DNA from: an uncultured Planctomycetota bacterium
GTDB lineage: Bacteria > Planctomycetota > Planctomycetia > Gemmatales > Gemmataceae
Assembly (NCBI GenBank): GCA_963849325.1
Contig: CAWKHF010000007.1
Location: 192,001 to 256,000, forward strand
Direction: 5' to 3'
DNA length: 64,000 nt
The notes under the pieces are model-generated. The model ran no database searches. It saw only the letters and a program-made list of their open reading frames with translations, and was not told the origin of the DNA. This document shows positions 46,136 to 55,642 of this stretch, in pieces (the first letter of the stretch is position 1; each line of letters opens with the position of its first letter). Made by a program: the position numbers and the translations under genes.

Positions 46136-47641
46136 GAATGGCGTTCGGTTAAGCCGCATCTTCTTGTGGTGGTGACGTTTGATGCAACAATCTCTCGCGC
46201 AGCGCGGCTCGTGGTTGGTTCATCAAGTCGTAGGGTTTGGCCCGACGTTTCTTCACCCGCGGTTCCACGCGACCGGGACGACACGGTACTACCTGCAGCC
46301 GCGGCAATTCTTCGCCATGCCGCGCTTCCCGCAACCAACGCCACGCATCCGCGAAGCTAATACGTTCTGGTTCCACCTCTTGCTGTCGCGCCGCCTCCAC
46401 CATCACCCGACGCACCAGATTATACACCAGCACGAAGACCAACAGTTCCTTCCACACACCTTGCCACGTCTCACAACGCAGCACGTCCATGCGCAAGGTC
46501 TGTTTCAGGTGACGCAGATTGACTTCCACGCCCCAACGCTTCTCGTACAGCCGAGCCAACACCTCCGGCGGATAACGCCGTCGATCCAACAGCGTTGTCA
46601 CCAGGGTCAACTCCCGCACCCGGCAAGTCGGCGTCCGGATCGGCACACGCACCTCACGGACCACCAGCGACGACGGCAAGGATTCATACTCCTGGCTGTC
46701 CATCCAGGCCGGACACTCGGCTGGCTTAACGTACTCGACGAGTTGATCGTCGCGGCCCAGCCGACGCAGCCAGCGCGAGCGGGGCAAGCCCGCTTCTGCC
46801 TTGCGGGGCTGACGGTTCGGCGCTGACGTGCTTCCGCCGCGGCTTGAAGGAGATGATAAGACGCTGATGGGCACGAAAGAGGCTGAAAACGCCTCGTTGG
46901 TGTCGCATCGCCAGGTGAGCATAGGAGCAGAAAGCGCGATCGCCGGCCACCACGTCGCCAGCCCGCAGTCCGCGGTGGGTCCAGGTCAGGTCGGCCAGGT
47001 CGTGCGTCCGTAACGGTCCCGGCATGACGTTGATCAGATAGCCGGTGTAGGCATGAAACTGCACCAGCAGGTGGGCCGTGGGGAAGCCGCAGCCTTGGGC
47101 CTGCTGGCCACTCTGACCGAAGGCGGCATGCAAGTCGGGCGTGTCCGGCATGGAGAAACTGGAACCATCGAGGAAAAAGACGCGATGACCATGCCACAAG
47201 GCGCGTGGGTCGTTGTCGCTGGAGCGGCAGCGGTCGAGGACGGCGACGCCCAGTCGTTGGAAGAAGGGCACGGGCAGGCGTTGTCGGGCCTCGCAGTAGG
47301 ACGAGTCTGCGAAGGAAAGCTTGGCGAGGCGGCGGAGTTCGGAGACCGAGGTGTTCCCTTCGAGGATTTGGCGGATGAACAAGTGGGTGGTGACCAGGGG
47401 AGTCAGCCGACGCTGACGTCCGCCCAGACGGAGCGCTCGTGCGAGGGAATGGATGAGGGGGGCATCGATCCATTGGGCGGTAGCACCCTTGATGCGTTCG
47501 AGGGCTTGCGACATACTAAGCATGGCGGCCTCCTGAGATGATGAGGTCTGGACAACTCCATCATGGCAGGAGGCTGCCGCCTTTCCAAGATCGTCAGAAG
47601 TTCAAGCAGCGAAAGAGGCTACGCTTAACCGAACGCCATTC
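46136..47641 (-). mobile_element. IS4-family insertion sequence
   Basis: Perfect 19-bp IRs GAATGGCGTTCGGTTAAGC (46136-46154 / 47623-47641); 11-bp flanking DR GTGTCAGGAAC (46125-46135 / 47642-47652). Confidence 0.92.
46149..47523 (-). CDS. IS4-family DDE transposase; frameshift(s) near 46800-46870
   Basis: FLDGSSF, GDRAFCSY, LYEKRWGVEVNLRHLK (YREK), EPRVKKRR. Confidence 0.9.
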
Positions 47642-47765
47642 GTGTCAGGAACCTTTTTAATACTTTTACCGCCCAAAAAGATCCTGATACCTTGTTGCTC
47701 TCTCTGTCGCTAGCGCAACTCCGATCGCCCCGGAACCACCTCAACACGCCGAGCAGCGTAGGCGG

Positions 47766-48101
47766 TCATAGGGGCGATAAATCCACGTCTAGTTTCTGCC
47801 CGAGGGCTTCCGCCCATTTGTGCAGCGTTGCCAGCGTAGGGTTCAGCATCTTGCCCGTTTCCAAGCGCGACAGGGCCGACGGGTCGATCCCCATGCGCTC
47901 GGCCACCTCGGCCAGAGTCAGCCCCTGGCTTTCCCGTAGAGCTTTGAACCGCGCCAGCAGCCGCAAAATCGCCGCGAAACTCTGTGGATTGACGGCGCCG
48001 GCGGGCCGTTGGCGGATCGGGTTCGCCGCGTGCTGACGGCGAATGGCTTCTTCCTTGGCCCGCTGCTCGGCGGTGCGCTTGAGCTTAATCGTTGGCTTCA
48101 T
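47766..48101 (-). CDS. XRE HTH protein, putative antitoxin
   Basis: LRESQGLTLAEVAERMGIDPSALSRLETG. Confidence 0.85.
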   Translation of the reverse strand: MKPTIKLKRTAEQRAKEEAIRRQHAANPIRQRPAGAVNPQSFAAILRLLARFKALRESQGLTLAEVAERMGIDPSALSRLETGKMLNPTLATLHKWAEALGQKLDVDLSPL

Positions 48102-48105
48102 GGCT

Positions 48106-48387
48106 TTACTCCCTCGGTTCGGGGACGTCGTAGGCGGTAATCGGTCGGATAACGAGCGGATCGACCAGGTTCAGCACGTCGAATACCACAGCAATAAACC
48201 GGCCTGTATCCGTGCTGCCGGACGCGATGGGACGGCCGGACGAGTCGCTCAGATCGAACGTCGTTTTTTCGTCGTAGAGCACGGACTCAACCTCTTCCGG
48301 CGTCAGGCCATGTTCCGCGATGTAGGCCAGATTGCTGCCCGCGTCATCCGGTTCGTCCCAATCGATCACGGCATCGCGTAAGTCCAT
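48106..48387 (-). CDS. BrnT/RelE-superfamily-like putative toxin
   Basis: W..NLAYIAEHGLTPEEVE...GSTDTGRFIAVVF...PITAY directly upstream of the HTH gene. Confidence 0.65.
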   Translation of the reverse strand: MDLRDAVIDWDEPDDAGSNLAYIAEHGLTPEEVESVLYDEKTTFDLSDSSGRPIASGSTDTGRFIAVVFDVLNLVDPLVIRPITAYDVPEPRE

Positions 48388-48459
48388 GCCTCACCCCGCC
48401 TCCGCCTTGTATTGTAACACAATTGCATTATAACGCAAGATGGAGGAAGATGCGATCGA

Positions 48460-48479
48460 TCCGTTCCGGGCGATCCGGC
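48460..48479 (+). repeat. 20-bp direct repeat, right copy
   Basis: Identical to 45398-45417. Confidence 0.85.
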
Positions 48480-48873
48480 ACGAGCGGAATATCTCCCGCA
48501 GAGGGATGTGCATTATCCGGCCCCCTTGGTGGCTGTCTAGGGACGCTCTGAGGTAGGTTCCTTCCGCCTCGCCCGAGCCACTGGACCTCGGGCCGACCTG
48601 TCCGTCACCCGCTGCCCTCTGCCTTCCGGAATATCTATCTAACCTGTCGCTTTTTTCTTCCCCCGCGCTGTAACCTCGGCCATCGCGCGGCGTATCAGAG
48701 GCGGCGAAGGGACAAGACAACAACGACAACCCCTTCGCCCAACGCCGCCGGGTGGCGGCACGGTCGGGCGACGGTCGCCTGGCCGACTGTTTCGGCCACG
48801 CATCCCGACCGCCGCCGGACACAACGATCCCGGCACGGTGATGCCGCTTTCTCATCAAGGGAGGTTCGCTACC

Positions 48874-49377
48874 ATGGTTCGCATCAAGACTCGTCTGATC
48901 GCCGTGATGTCCTTGCTGGCCCTGCTCGGCGCCGGCGCCTTCAGCCAGGCCCAGTTCGGCGACATCCCCGCCGGCGGGGACTCCGAGCTGCAGCGCTCTC
49001 TGCAAGACCTCGGCTACCAGTACAAAGTCCTCGACGACGGCTCGATCGTCGTGCTGGTCCCGCGAGAGGACGGCCGTCTGACGCCGGCCCTGATCTCGCC
49101 GCGCAAGGCCACGCCCCAGGGGGCCAACTACCGCATCATCATGGTGCAGGTGGCCGAGTACGACGGCCAACCGCCGGCGGAGGTGACGGCCGGCGTGCAG
49201 CGCATCAACGAGGGGCTGACGATGGGTGTGGTCGGGACCGTGCAGGTCAACGGCAAGACGCTCCTCATCTACGGCACTCCGATGCCGGTCAATCCCTCGG
49301 CCTCGGCGCTGGGCCAGTTCCTGCGGAATGCCGTCCGTCAAGCGAGCCAGGTCAAGCGTACCCTCAACGTCGCCTGA
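48874..49377 (+). CDS. Secreted hypothetical protein (YbjN/T3S-chaperone-like fold inferred)
   Basis: GGAGG RBS, signal peptide ending SQA, LQDLGYQYKVLDDG. Confidence 0.65.
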   Translation: MVRIKTRLIAVMSLLALLGAGAFSQAQFGDIPAGGDSELQRSLQDLGYQYKVLDDGSIVVLVPREDGRLTPALISPRKATPQGANYRIIMVQVAEYDGQPPAEVTAGVQRINEGLTMGVVGTVQVNGKTLLIYGTPMPVNPSASALGQFLRNAVRQASQVKRTLNVA

Positions 49378-49403
49378 TCCGGTGCGACCGCATCGCCAGG
49401 AGA

Positions 49404-49448
49404 AAAGCCGGCCGACCGCCTCCATCCGCGAGGCAGTCGGCCGGCTTT
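49404..49448. terminator. Hairpin terminator
   Basis: AAAGCCGGCCGACCGCCTC / GAGGCAGTCGGCCGGCTTT. Confidence 0.6.
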
Positions 49449-49610
49449 CGTGCTTGAAAAGAGTAGGTCGGACCAAACGAAGGCAAAGGACGTGCCGAGA
49501 CCGTTGCCCCGCCGAAGGTGATCCGTTGGCGCGAGGACCGACACGGTATCCGATTTGCTCCTTTTGTAAGGTGAATCAAGCGGACCCTTAACTGGATGAG
49601 GAGGTCTGTC

Positions 49611-50351
49611 ATGCCTTTTTCCGACCAGAGTTACAACCTGCTCGTCGATGTGGACCTGAAACATTGTCGGCTGCCCGCCGCCGTGTGGAACAAGATGGAA
49701 CTATCCCTCTCGCCGCTGGGCGACATGGTGCGGCACTTCCCGGTATCGAAGCTGCACGTTCTCATCAGCTACCGGCACCGGACCACCGACTACACCGTCC
49801 GCACGAGCCTCGTCCTGCCGGGCGACACCCTCGTCAGCAGCGACCACCACCCGCAGGTCCACGCGGCCTTCGAGCACTGCATCGATAACCTCGTGCGCGA
49901 ACTGCGGCGCTACGAGGACCGGCTCGGCGACGTGACGGAGCAGGCCAAGCAAGCGGAGGGCACCCATCATCAGTTGCTTCCTACCATGCCCCCCGACCTG
50001 GAAGCCATCGATGCGGCTGTCCGTGAGGGCGACTACGCCGCCTTCCGCACCGCCCTGTCCGGCTACGACGAGCCGGTACGGGGCCAGCTGGGCCGCTGGG
50101 TCGAGCGCTACCCCGAGGTGGCCGCCCGCATTGGCAAGGGGCTACAGATCGGCGATCTCGTCGAAGACGTCTTCCTCAATGCCTTCGAGGAGTATGATGA
50201 ACGGCCGCGGGAGGTGCGCTTCGGAGACTGGCTGGGTCGTTACATCGACACGGCGATCAAGGCCATGGCCGGCCACCCGGAGCGCGAGATGGAGAACATC
50301 AACATGGTTCGCCTGGCCCGCGCGGCCGTGACTGGTCCCGGGAGCATCTGA
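49611..50351 (+). CDS. HPF/RaiA-like domain fused to a sigma-70 region-2-like domain
   Basis: N-half ...HAAFEHCIDNLVRELRRYEDRL; C-half GDYAAF...DLVEDVFLNAF...FGDWL. Confidence 0.6.
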   Translation: MPFSDQSYNLLVDVDLKHCRLPAAVWNKMELSLSPLGDMVRHFPVSKLHVLISYRHRTTDYTVRTSLVLPGDTLVSSDHHPQVHAAFEHCIDNLVRELRRYEDRLGDVTEQAKQAEGTHHQLLPTMPPDLEAIDAAVREGDYAAFRTALSGYDEPVRGQLGRWVERYPEVAARIGKGLQIGDLVEDVFLNAFEEYDERPREVRFGDWLGRYIDTAIKAMAGHPEREMENINMVRLARAAVTGPGSI

Positions 50352-50375
50352 CCTGCCGTCGATCCGTACTGCTCC

Positions 50376-50801
50376 GAGCCGGAAGCGTAAGCGAAGGAAT
50401 GGCATCCTCGTTTACGCTCTTTGAAGTTGCGCTGAACGCTCGTATGGTACGCCGTGAGTCAGGCCGGGCGACGCGGTTCCAATGGCACCGCGCGGTAGCG
50501 GCCCGCTGCCGGCCGTATTCGCGGTTGGAGTAGCTGCGCACGCCGGGCAGCCGCGTGCCGGTGACCGGCGCGATGAGCAGGCCGAAGTTAAAGCAATGGC
50601 AGGCATGGCGGTGCGCTTTCTTCTGCCTTCGCAGAGAGCTTCGGCCCCTGGGGATGGAGTTGTTGGCTACGGGTGACGTTATCACCCGCCCCAACCGGCG
50701 GAAAGCGGTCCCTTTTTCTCCACCAACAATACTCAACGAGCGTTCAGCGCAACTTCAAAGAGCGTAAGCGAGGGAATGCCCCTCGCTGACGCTGCGGGCT
50801 C
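50376..50801. mobile_element. REPIN/MITE-like element: long inverted arms around ~290 bp
   Basis: 50406-50443 versus 50736-50773 is a 38-bp IR with 1 mismatch, extended by family-A REP arms. Confidence 0.65.
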
Positions 50802-50894
50802 CGATGGAACCTCGTTTGCGTTGTCCCGGCCCGTCCTTTGGGTACAATCGCAATACCGCCGGAACGCCACCCGCGAAACCACCCGGAGCGACCC

Positions 50895-51996
50895 GTGAAA
50901 CATCTCGGCCTGTATGTCCTCCTCGGTTGCTGCCTGGCGCAAGCCATTCCGATCGCGCCGGCGGCGGACCCCTTCTCCCTCCTCGACGGCGACCGCGTCG
51001 TCCTCATCGGCAGTACCCTGATCGAACGCGAGCAGCGTTACGGGTACTGGGAGACGGCGCTGACGCGGCGCTATCCCGACAAGTCGATCACCTTTCGCAA
51101 CCTCGGCTGGAGCGGCGACACGGTTTTCGGCGATGCCCGTGCCGGCTTCGGTACGCAGCCTGACGGTTTCCGTCATTTGAAAGATCACGTCCTCGCCCTC
51201 AAGCCGACCGTACTCATCATCGGCTATGGCACGAACGAATCGTTCGAGGGGCCGAAGGGATTGCCGCGCTTCGTTAACGGGCTGGAGACGCTGCTGGATA
51301 CCTTCGCTCCGACCAAGGCGCGCGTTGTACTTCTGTCGCCGCTGAAGCAGGAGGATCTCGGCCGGCCGCTGCCTGACCCGACGGAGAACAACAAGAACCT
51401 GCATCTTTACGCCGATGCCATCCGCGCTGTGGCGAGGAAGCGCGGCCATCTCTTCGTCGATCTGTACACCTTGCTCGGCAACGAGAAGCACCCGTTGACG
51501 GACAACGGCGTTCATCTGACGGCTTGGGGTTACTGGCGCTCCGCCGCTATTCTGGAGCGTGCGCTGGGGTTGCCGGAAACAACTCCGCGCCGAAGAATGG
51601 AAGAAGGTAATCGAGGTGGGCGACCATTCACCGCGGATTCAGGCAACGCTTGTCAGACTGCCTTTTCCGCCACCGCCCAAGGAAGGCGCGCCGCCGGCTT
51701 TCCGCTGGCAAAGTCCACTCGTAACGGTGGAAGGAAGACGGCTGGGTCTCGACCTCGACGTTGCCCAAGCCGAGAAGCTGCGCCAGACCATCATCGCCAA
51801 GAACCGCCTCTATTTCTACCGCTGGCGGCCGGAAAACGAGACCTATCTCTTTGGCTTCCGCAAGCACGAACAGGGCCAGAACGCCCGTGAGATCCCGCAG
51901 TTCGATCCGCTCGTCGCCGCGAAAGAAAAAGAAATCGCCAAGCTGCGCGTGCCCGTGCCCCACACCTACGAACGGAAAACGGACAAGAAGAATTAA
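50895..51996 (+). CDS. SGNH/GDSL hydrolase; frameshift near 51590
   Basis: [26 protein letters not shown]. Confidence 0.85.
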
Positions 51997-52135
51997 CCAC
52001 AGATGAACACAGATAAACACGGATAAAGACAAGGAGAACGGGATGAACGATTGGCGCCGGCGCGGACGAGGCTTTGCTTGGCTCCCAAAGTTTTTTGGTC
52101 TTATCTGCGTTTATCTGTGTTCATCTGTGGTTAAT
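51992..52135. repeat. Family-B inverted repeat spanning the SGNH stop and the CxxCH start/signal peptide
   Basis: ATTAACCACAGATGAACACAGATAAACAC...GTTTATCTGTGTTCATCTGTGGTTAAT. Confidence 0.85.
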
Positions 52136-55100
52136 CCTCTCTTCGCCCAGCGCGATGCACGGGTGCCCGATCCCGATCCCGAGATCGAGCGCAAGGCGCT
52201 GCAAGTGGCCGACGGCTTCGAGGTCAGTCTCTTCGCCGCTGATCCGCTGCTGGCCAAGCCGATCCAGATGAATTTCGATTCGTCCGGCCGGCTGTGGGTG
52301 GCGTGCAGCGAAGCGTATCCGCAGATCAAGCCGGGACAGAAGGCCAACGACAAAATCATCGTCCTCGAAGACAGCAACGGCGACGGCAAGGCCGATAAAA
52401 CCACCGTCTTCGCCGACGGCCTGCTCATTCCGACCGGCCTGGAACCCGGCGATGGCGGCGTCTACGTCGGCGCCAGCACGGATCTCTTGCACCTGTCGCG
52501 GCCGGACGGCGACAAGGGACCGCTGCGCCGCCGCGTGGTCCTCTCGGGTTTCGGCACCGAGGACACGCATCACCTGGTCCATACGCTGCGCTGGGGCCAC
52601 GACGGTATGTTGTACTTCAACCAATCCATCTATATCCACAGTCACATTGAGACGCCGTATGGCCCACGGCGTCTGGGCGGCGGCGGCGTGTGGCAGTTTC
52701 GGCCGGAGACGCGCCGCCTGGAGGTGTTCGCGCGCGGCTGGTGGAATGCCTGGGGCCATCACTTCGATCGCTGGGGCCAATCGTTCGTCACCGACGGCGC
52801 CGGCACCGAGGGCGTCAACCCGGTAGTGGTCGGCGCCAGCTACACCGCCACGCCGCGAGCGTCGCGCGTCCTGCAAGGGCTGAACCCCGGTCATCCGAAA
52901 TACTGCGGCTGCGAGATCCTCAGCGGCCGACACCTGCCCGAGGCCTGGCGCGGCAGTCTCATTACCAACGACTTCCGCGGCCATCGTGTGTGCCGTTTCA
53001 CGCTGACGCCGGAAGGTTCCGGCTACACGGCCACACTGCAAGCGGACCTCATCAAGAGTAATCACCCCGCCTTCCGCCCGGTGGACGTGAAAATGGGGCC
53101 CGATGGTGCCATTTACATCGCCGACTGGTACAACCCGATTATCCAGCACGGAGAGGTCGATTTCCGCGACCCGCGCCGCGATGTCAGCCACGGCCGTATC
53201 TGGCGCATCACCGCCAAGGGCCGGCCGTTGGTGCCGCATCCGGACTTCAACGTCGCCACCGCCGACCTGTTCAACGCGCTGAAAATGCCGGAGGATTGGA
53301 CGCGCCATCACGCCCGCCGCGTCCTCAAGGAACGCGGGCCGTCCGTTCTGCCGGAGCTGAAGGCGTGGACGGCGAAACTCGACCCCCGCAACCCGGAACA
53401 GGAGCCGTTGCTGCTGGAAGCACTGTGGACGTATCAGTCTCTCGACGTGATGGAGCCGAAGCTGCTGACGATTCTGCTGTCGGCCAACGATTACCGCATT
53501 CGTGCCGCCGCTGTGCGCGTCGTCTCCGCCTGGCACGACCGCCTGCCCGATCCGCTCGACTTGCTGGCGCCGCGCGTGAGCGACGAGCATCCGCAGGTAC
53601 GGCTGGAATCCGTGCGGGCGCTGGGTCAGCTTCATAACGTCCGCGCCGCCGAGTTGGCCCTTCGTGTGCTGGAGAAGCCCATCGATAAGTATCTCGATTA
53701 CGGACTCTGGTTGACGATGCGAGAGTTGGAGTCCTCCTGGCTGCCGGCGTTGCAGGAAGGGCGTTTCATCGCGGGCGGCGATCCACGACGCCTGCTCTTT
53801 GCTTTGCAGTCGGCGGATTCGCGGGCGGTGCTAGGGCCGCTGCTCGGTCTCCTTCGCTCCGGCAAGGCCGGAGACGGCGAAACCGATGTCCTGGCGTTCA
53901 TCGCCACGTTGGGTGGGCCGTCAGAGCTGACTCTGCTGCTCGACCGCGTCGTGGCGGGATCGTCCCGGCCGGTCGCGCAGCGCGTTCGTCTGCTGGAAGC
54001 GCTGGAGCAGGCGACACGCCAGCGCAACGTCCGGCCGGTCGGCGACCTGGCCCGTGTCGTTCCGCTGTTGAAGGAGGATGACGAAACTCTGCGTGCGGTG
54101 GCCGCGCGCGTGGTGGGGCTGTGGGGCGTGGAAGCGGCGCGGCCGCAACTGTTGGAGTTGGCGCGGGCGGACAAGGTGAGTGATCCGCTGCGGCAGGCGG
54201 CCATCGATGGCCTGGCGGCGCTGGGCGGCAAGGCCGGCGTCGAGACTCTGGCACAGCTCGCCGGCGCGGAGGCGTCACCGGCGCGGCGGCGCATGGCCCT
54301 CATCGCCCTGGTACGGCTGGACACAAAAGCCGCCGCGGGGCGCACGGCGGACGTGCTGTCGGCGCTGCCGGGCGGCGAGGAAGCCGTCGGCGTCTTCGAG
54401 GCGTTCTTGCAGCGCAAGGGCGGAGCGGCCCTCCTGGCGGCGGCCCTGCGCCCGGCGAAACTGCCCGCCGACGTCGCCAAGGTCGGCGTCCGCACCGTGC
54501 GCACATCCGGCCGGCCCGATGGCGGACTCGTCGAGGCGTTGACCAAGGCCGGCGGCCTGACCTTCGGGGCACGCACGCTCACGCCGAAAGAGATGCAAGC
54601 GATGGTCGCCGACGTGGCTCGGCTCGGCGATCCGGCCCGCGGCGAGACCGTCTTTCGCCGCAAGGACCAGCTGTGCCTGAAGTGTCATGCCATCGGCGGC
54701 GCCGGCGGTCAGGTCGGTCCCGACCTCAGCAGCATCGGTGCCAGCGCCCCGGTCGATTACCTCATCGAGTCGCTCGTGCAGCCGAACAAGGCCGTCAAGG
54801 AGAATTATCACGCCCTGCTCGTCTCCACGATCAAGGGCCAGCAGTACACGGGCATCAAGGTGCGCGAGACGACGAGGGAACTGGTGCTGCGAACCGGCGA
54901 GGACCAGGAAATCGCCATCCCGGTCAAGGACATCGACGAGCGGACGCAAGGCGGCTCGCTGATGCCGGACGGCCTGACCGACACCCTGACGCGCGGCGAG
55001 TTCCTCGATCTGGTGCGTTTCCTGTCGGAGCTGGGCAAGGTCGGGCCTTACGCCGTCGGCCGACCGCGCCTGGTGCGCCGTTGGCAGGCGCTGGAAACCA

Positions 55101-55516
55101 CGCGCGAAGCCTGGAGCTTTCTCATCCTGGGCGGCGGCCTGACCACGCCGGCGAAGAACGAACGCGGCTTGCAGTGGGGTCCGTTGTACAGTACCGTGGC
55201 CGGCGTCCTGCCGATCGCCGACGCCCCATTGTTCCGACTCGGCCCGGAGAAACGCGGCGTCTCCCTGGTCCGCTGTCAAGTCGATGTCACCACGGCCGGC
55301 CCGGTGCTCGTGCGTCTCAACTCCGCGAAGGGGCTGAAGCTCTGGACCGATGACAATCCCTTGTCGGTGAAGGACGCGCTGGAACTGAACTTGCCGATCG
55401 GCTCCCACACGCTGACCTTTGTCATTGACCGCGACCTCCGCCACGAAGGGCTGCGCTGTGAGTTGGAGGACAAACCCGGCTCACCGGCGCGTGTGCGTGT
55501 CGTTGGTGGGAAATGA
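52043..55516 (+). CDS. PVC-type heme-binding CxxCH protein (GSDH-like propeller, HEAT, cytochrome c)
   Basis: GPDGAIYIADWYN, CLKCH, VGPDLS, SLMPDGL. Confidence 0.9.
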   Translation: MNDWRRRGRGFAWLPKFFGLICVYLCSSVVNPLFAQRDARVPDPDPEIERKALQVADGFEVSLFAADPLLAKPIQMNFDSSGRLWVACSEAYPQIKPGQKANDKIIVLEDSNGDGKADKTTVFADGLLIPTGLEPGDGGVYVGASTDLLHLSRPDGDKGPLRRRVVLSGFGTEDTHHLVHTLRWGHDGMLYFNQSIYIHSHIETPYGPRRLGGGGVWQFRPETRRLEVFARGWWNAWGHHFDRWGQSFVTDGAGTEGVNPVVVGASYTATPRASRVLQGLNPGHPKYCGCEILSGRHLPEAWRGSLITNDFRGHRVCRFTLTPEGSGYTATLQADLIKSNHPAFRPVDVKMGPDGAIYIADWYNPIIQHGEVDFRDPRRDVSHGRIWRITAKGRPLVPHPDFNVATADLFNALKMPEDWTRHHARRVLKERGPSVLPELKAWTAKLDPRNPEQEPLLLEALWTYQSLDVMEPKLLTILLSANDYRIRAAAVRVVSAWHDRLPDPLDLLAPRVSDEHPQVRLESVRALGQLHNVRAAELALRVLEKPIDKYLDYGLWLTMRELESSWLPALQEGRFIAGGDPRRLLFALQSADSRAVLGPLLGLLRSGKAGDGETDVLAFIATLGGPSELTLLLDRVVAGSSRPVAQRVRLLEALEQATRQRNVRPVGDLARVVPLLKEDDETLRAVAARVVGLWGVEAARPQLLELARADKVSDPLRQAAIDGLAALGGKAGVETLAQLAGAEASPARRRMALIALVRLDTKAAAGRTADVLSALPGGEEAVGVFEAFLQRKGGAALLAAALRPAKLPADVAKVGVRTVRTSGRPDGGLVEALTKAGGLTFGARTLTPKEMQAMVADVARLGDPARGETVFRRKDQLCLKCHAIGGAGGQVGPDLSSIGASAPVDYLIESLVQPNKAVKENYHALLVSTIKGQQYTGIKVRETTRELVLRTGEDQEIAIPVKDIDERTQGGSLMPDGLTDTLTRGEFLDLVRFLSELGKVGPYAVGRPRLVRRWQALETTREAWSFLILGGGLTTPAKNERGLQWGPLYSTVAGVLPIADAPLFRLGPEKRGVSLVRCQVDVTTAGPVLVRLNSAKGLKLWTDDNPLSVKDALELNLPIGSHTLTFVIDRDLRHEGLRCELEDKPGSPARVRVVGGK

Positions 55517-55527
55517 ATTCCTCGTCC

Positions 55528-55598
55528 GTTCTGAGTTCTGAGTGAGAAAAGCACGCTGCTTGTTCTTCACTCAGAACTCAGAACTCAGAACTCAGAAC
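55528..55598. repeat. Heptamer (CTCAGAA) tandem repeats in inverted arrangement
   Basis: GTTCTGAGTTCTGAGTGA...TCACTCAGAACTCAGAACTCAGAACTCAGAAC. Confidence 0.8.
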
Positions 55599-55642
55599 TT
55601 TTGATTGCAGTTCGCCCCGCGCCCGGATAGATTACAATATCC

